Source: Eledone cirrhosa
Taxonomy: Eukaryota
NCBI GenBank assembly: GCA_964016885.1
Contig: OZ024746.1
Location: 99,572,001 to 99,636,000 of the forward strand
DNA length: 64,000 nt
Direction: 5' to 3'
In this document: piece by piece, positions 14,752-29,657 of the stretch
Layout: each line of letters opens with the position of its first letter
How positions within the stretch are numbered: position 1 is the stretch's first letter
Position numbers and translations under genes: made by a program
The notes under the pieces: generated by a model
The model's input: the letters and a program-made list of their open reading frames with translations, nothing else
The model's database searches: none
Told to the model about the DNA's origin: nothing

Positions 14752-14970
14752 AGGGTGGTGGATTGGCAGTATTGGTAGAGCGTCGGACACCATGCTTTGT
14801 AGCATAGAATTTCGGCCCTCTACGGTCTGAATACAAATCCCGCCGAGGTTAACTTTGCCTTTCATCCTTACGGGGTCGATAAAATAAAGTACCAGTAATG
14901 TACTGGGGTCGATTTAATAGACTTCCTCTCCCCCAAATTACTGGCCTTGTGTCTATACTAGAAATAATTA
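14752..14970 (+). mobile_element. tRNA-derived SINE (octopod-type)
   Basis: Full-length copy of the dominant SINE; further + copies at about 15795, 16608, 19575, 27820, 34785, 55615 and 58735. Confidence 0.88.
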
Positions 14971-15189
14971 TTTGTTGTTGTATATATATATATATATATA
15001 TATGTACATAATACTAGTTGTTTCTCAACTTTATATATGAAAGAAAATTTTTGTATATCGTTTAAATTTGCATAGATTATGCTCTGAGCTTAATGTTCAT
15101 TGGGCTTCCCTTGTTGAGTAACATAATCAATATATATTTTACATTGCTTCTCTTTTATGTTAGATCACTCTTGAGTGCTACTGGTAGCG

Positions 15190-15620
15190 TGTAACCCAGT
15201 ACAACCTATCACATGGTCGGGTCGTCGGCGACTAAACCGATAACCCCACCAAGTTTACTAGGTGAGGAGGGTGATTTTGGACACCCTGCAGGTCCAAAAA
15301 CAAAATCTGACAAAGGGCGGAAGAACTCATAAGAGTCAAGGACCATCTAAAAAAAAAAAATTCCTCCAAATCAATGGGTGGCAGTAGTTCCAGCTGCACG
15401 CATAGAAAGACTGGTGTAGTGGTTCTGAGAACAACGCGGCTTTGCAGATGATCAATGTAAATTGACAATGGAAAGGCGCTCCCGCTCGAGGTTGAAGAGA
15501 ACTATTGACCTTCAGGAGAAGCAGCGACCCCTGATTGTATTCAGCAACCGAAACAAATATGAATTACACCAAATCCACTGCTCCTAGGGGCGGCCCTGGT
15601 TCTTCTTATTTGCGAGTGTA
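15190..15620 (+). mobile_element. Interspersed repeat, probable LINE 5' region fragment
   Basis: TGTAACCCAGTACAACC...CAAAGGGCGGAAGAACTCATAAGAGTCAA is shared with 32148-32610; the family assignment is inferred. Confidence 0.55.
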
Positions 15621-17094
15621 AACTCAGCCTGATTAGATTAGATAAGATTCTCTTGAATGTGAATTGTTTACTGATTTCAGTAACTCAGTTTTCTCTGAGT
15701 TCCTTATACTCTGATGAAGGGATTTTTAGGTCCAAAATATTAGGACAAAAGAAACAACATAAAAAAAAACAAACAAAGATTATTTTGAGTGGAAGGGCGA
15801 TAAATTGGCAATATCGGTAGAGCATCGGACAACATGCTTGGCGGTATATAGTTATGGCTCTTTACTTTCTGAGTTAATATCCCGCCGGGTCAACTTTTCC
15901 CACTATTCCTTTGGGGTCAACAAAATAAACACAAGTCAAGCACCCGGGGTCGACCAATCAGCATTGCCCCCCGCTCTTCCGCCCTCCAAAACTTGCCGGT
16001 CCTGTGTTCAAATTAGAAATCAATATAGGAACTTCATTCTAGAATAGCTTCATATTCACCTGCACCAACATACACTTATAAATACAGCATTAACTAACTA
16101 AAGCTTTTGTTAACATCATCTTATCGTCCATTTCGAATTGATTAACCTTCTATCACATCCCATACTTTATAATATATCATATACAATGCTTCAAGCAAAC
16201 TACAACATTTTATTATTGATAATTAATTTCATTGAAGTTTATACAAATAAAATTAATGATTAGGATTCATAAAAATATATTTTATGATTTTGCTTTCATT
16301 GTTTATAAATCGTAGAATCATAGAAAGCAAAGTATTTAGGTGAAATCCCGTTGCTGTAAACTATGGATTGTAGGTGTTTTAATCAACTATTCTACGGCAT
16401 TATACATATTTTACCTTGTTCAAATATAATAAATCTTATGGGTTTTTTCAGTTATTTGATATTTCTAAATTATTTATTCTAGCGAATTAAATAATACGAC
16501 ATCAAATATACACAAGAAAGTTTTGATTTTCTTTTAATTTGGTCCAAGGAATATAGACGAGATATTCCTAATGGGATAGAATTGATTTCATTATGATGTA
16601 GAAAAAAAGGTGGTGGATTGGCAGAATCGGTAGAGCGTCGGACAACATTTTTGTGTTATATAGTTACGTCCCTTTATGTTCTGCGCTCAAATCCTGCCAA
16701 TGTTAGCTTTGCTTTTCATCCTTACGGGATCGACAAAATAAAGCACCAGTAACGAACTGGGGTCCATTTCATCGACTTTTCCCTCCATCCAAAAATTGTT
16801 GATCTTATGCCTAAATCAGAAGCCATTATTTAGCTCCAACTCATCCAAATCCAATTGGACCTTTAAATAAAGACGCTCTGGACGTCGTCATTCTGTCTAT
16901 CCAATGTATGTGACGCCTTTTTTTAAAGATGATGGCATTTGAAAATGATTTGGTTGTTGCTAGCAAGTAGATCGACTATATAGTGGCGTTTGTGTTTGTT
17001 TATTGGAGAAAATACCGTGTGATAGTCAGATTATGTTGCATTAAAATCCTATTGAGGTCATCCTAGTGGTTTCTCTCGGTGAAATATGTACCAA

Positions 17095-17740
17095 TGGTAT
17101 ACTGATTGCTACTTGTTGTCAGAAGAGTGTTATCCTTTCATTGTCATTGCACGATCATGTGCACGCACGTGACTTTTCAGACCCGCTTCTGTTTTGTAGG
17201 CTCGTTCACAGATGTGACATTTGAACTGTCTGTCTCCTGGTAACACTGGCTGGGGTGTGTCTTCATGCATTTTACCATGTCTGGTCAGTTCACCCACTGA
17301 CTTGCAAATTAAGCCACACTCACTGCAAATGTACCGTGGAGTGTGTGGTGGTAGAACCATCTCACAGGTAGCTCGATCTCTCCCTGGCTCGTGTGATTTC
17401 AGATGGTTGACAAATCCAGCTTTTGCAGTCCTCCCAACCTCTAAAAGCCCAAACAGGGATTACCATGAAAAACAGTGCCCCCAAATGGGAAGAAATCAGG
17501 CAAAACGGGGAGATTTTACATAATGAAAGCTATACCCATTTTCACAAGAGACGTCATCTCTCACCCACCTCCAAACTGACTGAGAGATCTCCCCGTCGGA
17601 CAGGGAGAGTTAACAGGCCTGCTTGTTAGAAGAAATAGGCAACATAGAATATACCTCAATTCCAGTTGGATGTTTGCAAGCAATGCTCTTGAGTCCCGCT
17701 TACGAAGTGAGCGCTTAAAAACAGCATGCTCCTCTCGATG
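17095..17740 (-). mobile_element. 3' end of a non-LTR (RTE-like) retrotransposon ORF with C-terminal C2H2 zinc fingers, split by a MITE
   Basis: Minus-strand translation REEHAVFKRSLRKRDSR...[MITE]...KAGFVNHLKSH...YICSECGLICKSVGELTRHGKMH...FKCHICERAYKTEAGLKSHVRAH...stop at 17130. No splice signals and no canonical TGEKP linkers. Confidence 0.7.
17426..17621. mobile_element. MITE (~195 bp) with CAGACCTGCCAAC-type TIRs
   Basis: Reverse-complement homologue of 56087-56279; degenerate flanks CTTTTG/CTTGTT. Confidence 0.75.
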
Positions 17741-19869
17741 GTATACTAAAGTAGATTCAGTAGATTACATTATCTTTTACAAATAAATGTTTGGCCATAT
17801 GTCAAAAAAATTACATATTTATTATATAAATCATGTTAGCGTAAGATACGTTTATCTTTCAATCTGATAAACAAATATCTGATTATCCTTCATAGTGAAT
17901 TCACTTATATAACACTGTCAAAGCTGTATTACACCCACTAAGAGTACTTTAGTGTTTATCAATTACCGATCTTTTACGTCACTTATGTAAAACTACCATT
18001 AAGTACGGCTCAGAATTCTGAAACATTTGGATTTTGCTGCTACACCCCCCCCCCCCCCCCCCAACATCCTAAACCTAATCTAAAGGAAAGCCATTTTATT
18101 GATCAGCAAAGATCATGACAATGATGTTCTTCTTCTTCTTCTTCTTCTTCTCACCAAGAAAATCCAATCACCATCTAATTTACGTGTTATTCCATAGCTA
18201 TATTCCTTGCATCATTACAACAACAAAACAACAGCCTTTGCTTTTCTGAACTAACTGCATAGCTCCCCTTCATCCTTGCCTACCTAAACCACCCGTCCCT
18301 GTGGTACTCTTTGTAGAACTTCCATTAAATAGATTGTCGATCTTTCGCAGAATGCTTCTCCCACCGATTGTGGTTTAAAACATCGCTTGGTGTCTATAAA
18401 TTCCTCCTTACTAACAAACAATAATACTGAGCTCATTTCATAGATCCAAATTAGATGACAATATGTGCTAACGAGAATGGAACTCAGAATATATTAAATG
18501 TATTTAAATAATGTAAAATTTGTCTGATACCATCAATTTCAAGAACATTCCACTAACTTAAAACAAATCAAAGCTTATTTAAGCACAAAACGATATGAAC
18601 GTAACAAAGGATCGTAAAGAGTTACATTGGCATAGCATGGCAAAGTCCCGTAACTCTTGTGGGAGTTGCTGGAGCACCGTATTGACATACTAGATTTCTA
18701 GGGTATCATTTTAAACCTAGCGGAGCCCATATCCTCTCTAGGTCTGGATACAAGAGATTTCTTGCTGAGAGAGGGAGAATCGACCCCAGTTCTAGACTGG
18801 TACTTTTTTTTATCAACCTTGAATGGATGAAAGACGAAGTTGACCTCGAGGGTTACATTACTGGTACGTAATTTACCTATTTTTAATGGAATGGAAGACA
18901 ATTTCAGTCACAGTGCGATTTGATCTCAGGTGATATTATAAAACATTGCAAGGCCTTTACTTCGGTGATCTCACGAGTTTGCTAATCTACTGCTCGATAA
19001 TAGAGAAATATTGTTATATTTGTTATAATTTCTCAAAGTTCTTTCGTCACACATCTTTATGTGACACCTTCAGTGATTATCGCTATGTTTCCTCCCATTG
19101 TGTTTCTATATTTATATTTATATTTTTTAACTGTTGGTGAATCAATGATAAACATTGATTGCCAGCTAAATTATTTATGGAAATATAAAAATATACTGAC
19201 GCGAAAACCAAACCAAACAGTGAGTGTATTTTACTATTTTAGACAATATGAGGACAACATGACCCTCCCCAAATATAACAATATCTGTTTCAAAACATGA
19301 TTTCATATAAAAATTTTGCAAAATAAATACATCACTGCCAGAGAAATATTGATCTCTGACTTAAGCGCAACCTCTCAAATTTACGGAGTACTACAATGGA
19401 TTAAACCCATCCCACCAGTTGACGGGAACTTTATTTTATCAACCCTGAAAGGCTTCTAATTAAATACAGTAAATCATTTTATCCCACGCTTCAATGAATC
19501 TTGAATCTTCTTCTGGTGAAAGAAATCTTAATACCAAGTGAGATTTGTATTTAATCTTCAGAGATTATTTCATTAGTGAATTGGCAGAATTGGTAGAGGG
19601 TCGGACGCCATGCTTTGCAGCATAGTTACGTCCCTTTATGGTCTGGGTTCAAATCCCATCCAGGTTAAATTTGCCTTTCATTCTTACGGGGTCGATAAAA
19701 TAAAGTACCAGTAATGCACTGGGATAATTGCTGGCCTTGTGCCAAAAGTAGAAACAATTATAAGATAATTGATAAATCTGGAATTGATGGCTTCAAAAAC
19801 TTTCTCGATATACTTTCAATGCAGCTGAAAATATCAACAATGGAATTTTAGTTGATGATAACCTGTCTA

Positions 19870-20200
19870 TCATTACATTCTGTAGCTTGGTATTGGGACG
19901 ACGGAATAGGATTTAAGAAATGAAAACATGAGGAAGTGGTAAAGAAGGGCAGATCAGGCTGTATGGGAAAGTAGACCAAAGGACTATGACAGGAAAAAGA
20001 TGGGGAAGGGAAGAGGGTGATAGCCTCTGGGCCAAGGGCGCGGAGATTTTGAGGCTGTGCGCCGCGGACAAAACTGTAAAAGCATTTCGGCGGACAATCG
20101 CTAGCGACACCCGCTGCAACAGCCACCTCACTTTGCGGGGCTCCTTCCTCAGACGGGCTTCTGACGTTCCGATCTTGTGGAGGATCTCGACAGTATGTGT
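19870..20200 (-). mobile_element. CRE-like non-LTR retrotransposon 3' fragment (end of restriction-like endonuclease domain plus 3' UTR)
   Basis: Translation ...KEPRKVRWLLQRVSLAIVRRNAFTVL matches the WL.QRLSLAI.RGNA..VL C-terminus, as in the 36.6-kb copy. Confidence 0.7.
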
Positions 20201-20567
20201 CTGAGTACGCCTGAGGTCACGACGGCGACCAGTGCGAAGAGGAAGCGGCCGGACAATTCCCAGTATTTCTTTATCTTCCTTTCCTCTACATTGCTGGCCA
20301 CGTGTAGTTAGTGTCAAAAAGGCACATGTAGCTTATAACTAATATTAAACTCCCGAAAAAACATATGCTTATCATTCCAGACTTCTAGCAAAATTAGACA
20401 TAATCTTTTGTCTGATTAGAGATTACTATCGCCTTTGGTTCTAAGCAACTGAAGGAATTTGATGTTCTTCAAGATAAACAGAATGCTTGTTCTACTTTAT
20501 AGGTTTGCTGTTTGTAAAGTACATTTCCTTTGTGAGGAGACTAGTTTCTGAAAAGATAAAATATTTG

Positions 20568-20778
20568 TACGGGGGTTGGCTGAAAAGTGCATAGACTGAA
20601 AAGTGCATAGTCTGACCAAGATACTCTCAGGGAATGACGAAATGATGTTTATTTTTCAACATAGACCCTGGAAAGAAACAATGCAGTTATTAAGAAAAGT
20701 AGAAACATATGCAAGATTTTACAGATCTAGCATCACCCTTTCACAGTGAGCCTATCAACCTTTTACCGTACTCTCGTA
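20568..20778. mobile_element. Mariner-like MITE
   Basis: TACGGGGGTTGGCTGAAAAGT...AGCCTATCAACCTTTTACCGTACTCTCGTA; related pieces at about 26350-26470, 27370-27475 and 27540-27726. Confidence 0.6.
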
Positions 20779-20923
20779 TGGGTGTACATTAGTGACGTAG
20801 TCTTCGTCAATTTCTAATTTCCCCAAAATACTTCTATGAATAAAACTAGACGGGATTCAAAAACTAAATGTCTGATAATATACTTGAACTCGAAGAAAAA
20901 GCACATGATTTGAAAATTCTTAC

Positions 20924-21025
20924 CAAATGTTGCCAATAGTCCACATCCTGCCCATACAAGCAAGCTAAGAGCGACAGACCCCGTGTTTGAAAGAACTCCT
21001 TTAGGTGAGATGAACACTCCAGAAC
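20924..21025 (-). CDS. SLC7A9: SLC7 (LAT/b(0,+)AT-type) amino-acid transporter light chain, internal exon (102 nt)
   Basis: Acceptor ...tttgcag|GT TCT GGA, donor TTT G|gtaaga; encodes (G)[33 protein letters not shown](G), the TM1 GSGIFISP motif of APC/LAT transporters; splices in frame to 14409. Confidence 0.95.
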
Positions 21026-21248
21026 CTGCAAAGAAATAAAAGGGGAAACAATAATGAATACTTATATGACACAATCAAATAAATATTGCCTTATAAAATA
21101 TATTTGAGGTTTTGTTCGAGTCTGTTTAAAAAGCAGGTCGGATTTATTGTCTACGACAGTATTATAAAACATATCTCCATTAGTTTACATAGCTGCAAAG
21201 CAAGGTTAGCAACATATTAGCTGAAATAATATTTTGAAACCTATATAG

Positions 21249-21966
21249 CAGAGCTTTTCAAACTTTTTGGGCCAACAACCCCACCCCCAGACAGCAACGT
21301 AATACCCTCAACACTCCCAACCCTATTTCCAGAGAGTATAACAAATAACATAATATATACTATGTATAAATAAATATTATATATTTTTATTTTACTATAT
21401 TTATATATAATATGTATCATTTGATACTTCATATACTATTATATCATATAATGGCTGCAAACTCTGAGTTTTGCAATGGCTTTTCAGAGTACAGAAAATG
21501 GTGCACTTTTAGGCTACGGCCAGCCACACGAACCTGTAACAGATCCTGAACAAGCAACGCCTGTGCTTTGAAGATTGGTTTTTTAAGTGGGGAAAGGCCT
21601 TGCACTCGACCAATCCCACTCTCTGAGCATCGAAAATACTACCCGAAAAGGAGAACTGGTCAACATCATCGGATGCTCCGAAGCCGCAGGTTTTTTTTCA
21701 GAGTTTCCTTCTCTTAGAAATGTGTTGTGACAACAACTGGGGGCCTTTCACTCCCAGGTAAAAAAAATGCACTGGGATAATTGCTGGCCTTGTGCCAAAA
21801 ATAGAAACAATTATATTATTTATTATCTATAAATTAACGATTTTATTTTTTATATATTATTTACAATTTGTGTGTAGGTAGGTCTCTCTGGAAATAGGGT
21901 TGGTGGGTGGGGTATTACGTGGCCGTGAGGAGTGGATGGGTGGCCCAAAAGGTTTGAGAACTTCTG
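21249..21966. mobile_element. hAT/Charlie-like non-autonomous DNA transposon with nested LINE and SINE fragments
   Basis: TIRs CAGAGCTTTTCAAACTTTTTGGGCCA / TGGCCCAAAAGGTTTGAGAACTTCTG; subterminal IR CCCTATTTCCAGAGAG / CTCTCTGGAAATAGGG; no clear TSD. Confidence 0.6.
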
Positions 21967-22829
21967 GATCAAACCATTGATCAAAACATTTTAGGTTTAT
22001 TTAAATTTACATTGTCAAATGTGTCTTTCTACATAGGTTAGATTTGAGAGACTTTTGATTGCTATTTGTAGCGGCAGATGGAGCCACCACGTCGCCGTTT
22101 CTTTGTCAGCTTGTACACAAAATAGTGCTGGTTCCTATTAGAAAACATTCACATGATTTATGAAAATAATGCTTTAGGTAAGAACTAAATTTATTCTGTG
22201 AAAAAGAAAAGGAAAAGCTGTTCACGTTTCTAGCCAAAAGAAATATTTCAAAAATATTAATTATCTGTGTTAATTGATAACTTAATCCAATAAATGATTT
22301 GTAAATGAAAATCAAAATCAAAGATAAAAGAAGAACAGAACGGGAAAAGATCATTTATAAAACAAAGACAGAGAACTTAAAGATGTTTTTGAATTTTACC
22401 CGAGAAATTATCAGATATCGAATAATTAATTAATTAAAGTTCTATTAATAGAGTGAGTATTTTCTTGAAATATGAATCGCCATGTCTTCTTCCAACAAAG
22501 TGTCACAAAATTATTCACCATTCGTCTCCATCAGTAATATAATTGGTTCTACTTTTGGCACAAGGCCAGCATTTATCCCCGTGCAAGCCAATATGTATTT
22601 GTCCGTCCCGCACTAGAGATGACTGAGGAAGGAAGGAATAACACCTATTTTTTATATTATGTATAGATTAGATATTACAATTAGCCGTCATATTTGACGG
22701 CACGGGTCCAGCTAGTACTGATAATATTCTACGTGAATATCAGCATTGATTCTGCAAAGCGTTGATCCAAGGTATTCTATTTACGAATATTTTGTTCGAA
22801 TAAAACATTTATTATCTACATTTGTATCG

Positions 22830-23255
22830 AGTCCAGTTGAGTAGGGTGGGTGTATAGCGCTGGATTTGCCATCAAAACTCATTATAGCAAAATTAGTCAA
22901 GGAACCAAATCTTATGGAGTCGCTACATCACACCCATTAGCTACACCACACCCAGTTGCGCACAGAGACTTGTCCGGGGTGTTAAAGTTTGAAGGTCGAG
23001 TGATTAAATAATGAGCTTGATATTTACCACGAGAAACGGAAGATATGCCATCTTGATCCATGTTTACGCTCAAACCTGATGGCACAGAAACAGACGTTCT
23101 ACAGTACTCTACTTATTACCTCATAAACTGTGCTCAGCCCAAAAGACAAGCTGATAATTATAGGTGACCAGATCTTATTGGAAAACATGTAGAGAGATGC
23201 AACTCAAATGTAGATCTTGCTATAAGCTGGGCCTCACAATTGCTAATACAATCTT
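22830..23255 (+). mobile_element. RTE-type LINE AP-endonuclease remnant
   Basis: Frameshifted pieces AGFAIK, RYAILIHVYAQT, PKDKLIIIGD, IGKH..CNSN and LGLTIANT match RTE endonuclease motifs. Confidence 0.7.
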
Positions 23256-23324
23256 AGACCTGAAGTTAGATGAATACATCGGTGTCAAAGTGCCGCCGCA
23301 GCCGCCGCCGAAAATATATATATG

Positions 23325-24291
<967 letters not shown>

Positions 24292-24614
24292 TGTGTGTAT
24301 ATATATATATATATATGATGTGTGTGTGTGTATATAAATATATAGATAAAACTCATTAGAAACTGAATGTTCCAGCTGAGAGATAAATAGGAAATATGAG
24401 AATGAATGTTAAATCGATGAAAATATCCTGGCCTAAAATGACATCTTCATTATTCATGTATTGTTATCAGGAGTTATTTGAGTGGCAGTATATTTGACAG
24501 TTTGCTAGCCTCAAGCTATACATATCGTTTGGCATAACTCAAACTGTAGAAGACCTTCAAATACATTTACTGTGTAAACAGACTATTTCAGCCCACCTGT
24601 TTATGAGAGATTCT

Positions 24615-24930
24615 AAACTGTTTATCCACGGTATAATCGGAATGGATCGATCACAGCTCTGATACCGAGGACATGTGGTTAGAATGTCTCAGGAAAGAAT
24701 CGCTGGACAGATTTTAGGGGCAAAACCAACAGGTAGGAGATCCAGGGTTAGACCCCGAGCAAGATGGTTGAATAACATCCATGAGCTTGGATGGTCTCAC
24801 TTGGGCATCCAGCCGGATTAATTGGAGACGGTTGCTTCTGACAGGAGCCGTTGGAGGGGGTGTTTGAGGACTCTGCCCTCACGACCTTCACAAGAATAAG
24901 ATGGAGAAGAAGATGAAGAAGACGAAGATA
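24615..24930 (+). mobile_element. RTE-like LINE 3' fragment with (GAA)n-type tail
   Basis: Translation RSQL*YRGHVVRMSQERIAGQILGAKPTGRRSRVRPRARWLNNI...ASDRSRWR; homologues at 35800-36470 (-), 41850-42270 and 56875-57240. Confidence 0.8.
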
Positions 24931-25063
24931 ATCGGTATGTCTGAATCTAAGATTGCCTAATCGTTAACAACTCAACCGAAACACCGCTCTGACCTAGGTG
25001 TAGAGAAGTCAGGGGCAACACGTATAAGGTGAAACATTTGTTCTCGGTATGGTGAACTGTTGT

Positions 25064-25101
<38 letters not shown>

Positions 25102-25209
25102 CGAAGGAAATGTGGTAAGGAACCAGGTGGACCATAACGCACCAAAGTACTCAATACAAGAATTAGCCGTCGAAACGGCTTGAGCTCAGCCGTCGGGGTC
25201 CTACTCGTT

Positions 25210-25258
<49 letters not shown>

Positions 25259-28200
25259 ACAAATTTGGTATAAATATCCAATGGTAAGAGCACTCAGTCT
25301 ATAGGGTCTATAACACAACGCAACTTAAGTAGCTGTATATGTCACTGTTGTAACTAATATTATACAGACATACAGACAGGCAGCGACACAAATATTTATG
25401 TATGTAAGTACAGGTTGCCTGTGTGTGGAAGAGAAAGGAGAGAGAGATAAAAATTGATTCCAAGAAATAGTGAACTGATTGGATAAAGTGAATAAAGTAT
25501 GTTTTTAAAAAAAATTAGAGAATGCAAGATTGTAAAGAAGATAATTTGAAACAATAATCAACGAAAATCGTAGTTCCATTCTATATCTGATTGAAATAAA
25601 CTCTTCTATTTACTTATATTAGAAAGTAAAGTCATGATCGAATACATGACGGTAGAGAAGTAGAAAACGTTTTTTTTTTCTTTTTTTTTTCGTTTTATTT
25701 CGAGCGAAAAAAAAACCCTTCTTCTTGTAGATATTTATACGTTTGAGGTCGTGGTAAATATTTAATCATCTGCGTACTAAATCTTTGCAAAGCAATTTTC
25801 TATGTAATTACGCTTTACAGAATGTGATGGATAGAAGGAACTAATTCAAGAAAGATGTATGAACATAATGCATTGACGTCCATTGGTTGACACTAAAGTC
25901 TGAAGCATTTCCTTACAAGCAGACAGGAATTCTAGCATTAAGTAGATTACATGTAGCTGAATTAATGAAATGGATGGCTAACGTTCAGTCGGTTTTCAAT
26001 CCAGTTTCTCATGTAACTTGATAGGTATGAATAACATGTACATATATTATTTATCATTTCAAATCCTTGCTTGAAGGAATACTTGTAAGAAAATGCAGAG
26101 AAAAGGTTTGTAAATGTCTTCTAGAAATATAATTGTATCTTCACTCTAGCCAATACAACTATGTAAAAGTAGACCAGTTTTAGATGGTTTTCATTAATTT
26201 ATGGTGTCAACTATTAAATGACGGCAACATCCGAGGGACTGTAATTCACACTACAATCTTAACTAATATATCGATTAACAGATGCCTAAACTGACTCTAG
26301 AAGGTTTGGCTGAAATGTTTATAGCCTGAGCAGCATACTGTCACGCCATGACCAAAAGACGTGTATTTTTCAACATAGTCTCTGGAAAGAAGCAATGCAA
26401 ATATTATAGACGGGTAGGCTGAACAATTCATAGGCTGACCAAGATACTGTCATGGAATGACCAATAGGGGCTTTATTTTATCGATCGGTAAGGATGAAAG
26501 GCAAAGCTAAACTCGGCGGGATTTGAACTCAGAACGCAAAGCATGTTGTTCGACATTCTACCGATACTGTCATCAAAATAACTGTTTCTATTTTTGGCAC
26601 AAGGCCAGCAATTACCCAGTGCATTACTGGTACTTTATTTTAGCGACCCCGTAAGGATGAAAGGCAAAGTTAACCTCGGCAGCATTTGAACTCAGACCGT
26701 AAAGGGACGTAACTCTATGTTTCAAAGCATGGCGTCCGACTCTCTACTGATACTGCTATTCCACTGCCCTCAAAATAACTCGCATTCTTGTCATAATTTC
26801 CACCAAGGGCCATAATTGGCTAGGGCCTTTGTGAGTCCATTCTTCCACTGTGATAGGAGAAAGGGATAATGTTATCGGTGCTTCATGTTCACTAAACAGT
26901 GCAGCACAGCTGATTCCGAGAGCGAAAGAGAGAAAAGAATAGAGAAAGGGCCATAACTCTATGCCGCAAAGCATACTGTCTGACCATCTACCCATACTGC
27001 CAATCCACAATCCTTTTAGTACAAATTAGTAGAAATAATATACTAAACTTCGTTGTTGTACAGGAATAGAACAATATTTATCCCAAGCTGTGAGATATAT
27101 TCGTATAAAGAGGCGTATTTCTGTATGTAAACATAAACCGTATGTGGAATACGTAAATAAGTCGTGTCTACGTGTTTACTTACAAATTTCTCGCAGCGTC
27201 GGTTAAATCCTTTACAGTTTCTCTACAGATATGAATTTATAGTATGTTTCAACTGCTTAGTGCATGTTTTAATAAAATAAATGATATATTTTCTCCTAAA
27301 TTGTCATATTAATATAATTGTTCAGTTACTCTGCATAAAATTCTTAACTTTCATAAGTTACATTGTTTCTTTCCAGGGACCATGTTGAAAATTTAACCTC
27401 GTTTGGTCATTCCATGAGAGTATCTTGGTCAGCCTATGAACCTTTCAGCCTATGTATTTTTCAGCTGATCCTCGTATATATAAACACACACACAAACACG
27501 CGCGCGCGCTCACACACAAACACACAACTTCCGTCACGCATATGGGCTGAAAAGTTGATAGGCTGACTATGAAGGAGTGATGCTAGAGTTGTGAAATCTG
27601 GCATGCATTAATTTCAACTCTTCTTGTTAATAACATCATTAGGGACTATGTTGAGAAACAAACCACATTTGGTCATTTCATGAGAGTATCTTATTCAGCC
27701 TATCAACTTTTCAGCTGACCCTGGTATTCAGCAAGCTGTAAGTAGGGTCCTTTTATAAAAAAAAAAAAAAAAAAAAGTAATTGCAGCCAATCTTGCATAG
27801 TACTGTCATCGAAACACTTTGGTGGATTGGCAGGATCGGTGGAGCGTCGGACTACTTGCTTTGCGGAATATAGTTACATCCCTTTACGTTCTGAGTTCAA
27901 ATCCCGCTGAGGTTAACTTTGCCTCCTATCCTTAAGGGGTCGATAAAATAAAGTACCAGTAACGAACTGGGGTCGGTTTAATCGACATGCCCCTCACTAA
28001 AAATTGTTGACGTTGTTCCTAAATCACAAACCATTATTTGAAATAACCACAATGATTGTTCCTACTTTAAGCACAAGGCCAGCAATTTGGGGGAGGGGGG
28101 GAAAGTCGATTAAATCAATCCCAGTGTATTACTGGTACTTTATTTTACCGACCCCGGTATGATGAAAGGCAAAGCTAACCTTGACTGGATTTGAACTCAG

Positions 28201-28537
28201 AATGTAAAGGGCCATAACTCTATGCTACAACTCATGGTGTTCGACGCTCTACTGGCAGTATTAAAACTATAGAGAGAACGCTTTCGTTTTGTCATATTTT
28301 GAGAAATGTTATCTCTAGCTATAGAAACTTACACATTGAATATACAATGTACACAATATATTACATACAATTCACTATATACAATTCACTATATACAATG
28401 CATTATATACAATATATTCTCTGTTCTTTTTAAACCAATAAACATCAAACATTTCGGTAATAAAGAATATTTTCTCAACACCTTCTTACATAGAATATTG
28501 TATTACGTATATAACTGTGTCAAATTGACAACAATTA

Positions 28538-28575
<38 letters not shown>

Positions 28576-28699
28576 ATGTTTTACAATTTTTCCTGCATTA
28601 CAATTTACATTGAAGCGCAAAGTTTTCCTCCATAAATTATATCACTGATTTAAAATCAATCATCATTTTCTAACAAAAGAGGCGCAGGTAATTCGGGTA

Positions 28700-28748
<49 letters not shown>

Positions 28749-28825
28749 ATATATATATGATATATATATATGATATATATATATATATATATATGATATA
28801 TATATGATATATGATATATGATATA

Positions 28826-28862
<37 letters not shown>

Positions 28863-29347
28863 ATATATATATATATATGATATATATATATGATATATAT
28901 ATATATGATATATATATATGATATATATATATATATGATATATATATATGATATATATATATATATGATATATATATATATATATATGATATATATATAT
29001 ATATATATGATATATATATATATATATATGATATATATATATATATATATGATATATATATATATATATATGATATATATATATATATATGATATATATA
29101 TATATATATATATGATATATATATATATATATGATATATATATATGATATATATATGATATATATATATATAAATGATATATATATATAAATGATATATA
29201 TATATGATATATATATATATAAATGATATATATATATAAATGATATATATATATGATATATATATATATGATATATATATATGATATATATATATATATA
29301 TGATATATATATGATATATATATGATATATATATATATATATATATA
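28700..29347. repeat. (TA)n/TGA compound microsatellite
   Basis: Seen directly. Confidence 0.95.
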
Positions 29348-29603
29348 AAGAGGCACGGGTAATTCGGGTAGTATATATATGTATATATATATAATTTCAG
29401 CGAGATCGTATTTCGGCTGTGGTCAAAAATTAAAGGGAAACGCAATTTTCGAGATATGCTGGCAAGCGCTCAATGGACTAAAAGAAGGCCAGAGCAAATA
29501 ATGCATTAGTAGTGTTGGAGTGATTACCCCACTTGTTTACCCTGCAAGGGAGGTAACCCCGGTTTTGGCGGACGGATTCAGTATGTGTAAAATTATTGCA
29601 AGA

Positions 29604-29657
<54 letters not shown>

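Noticed and set aside
17130-17360. Host C2H2 zinc-finger transcription-factor gene
   Set aside because: No splice context or canonical linkers; upstream sequence is LINE-like and disrupted by a MITE.
27184-27296. Possible SLC7 5' exon (AG...TTT|GTAAGT on the minus strand)
   Set aside because: No open frame matching the SLC7 N-terminus; splice-like motifs alone are not sufficient evidence.
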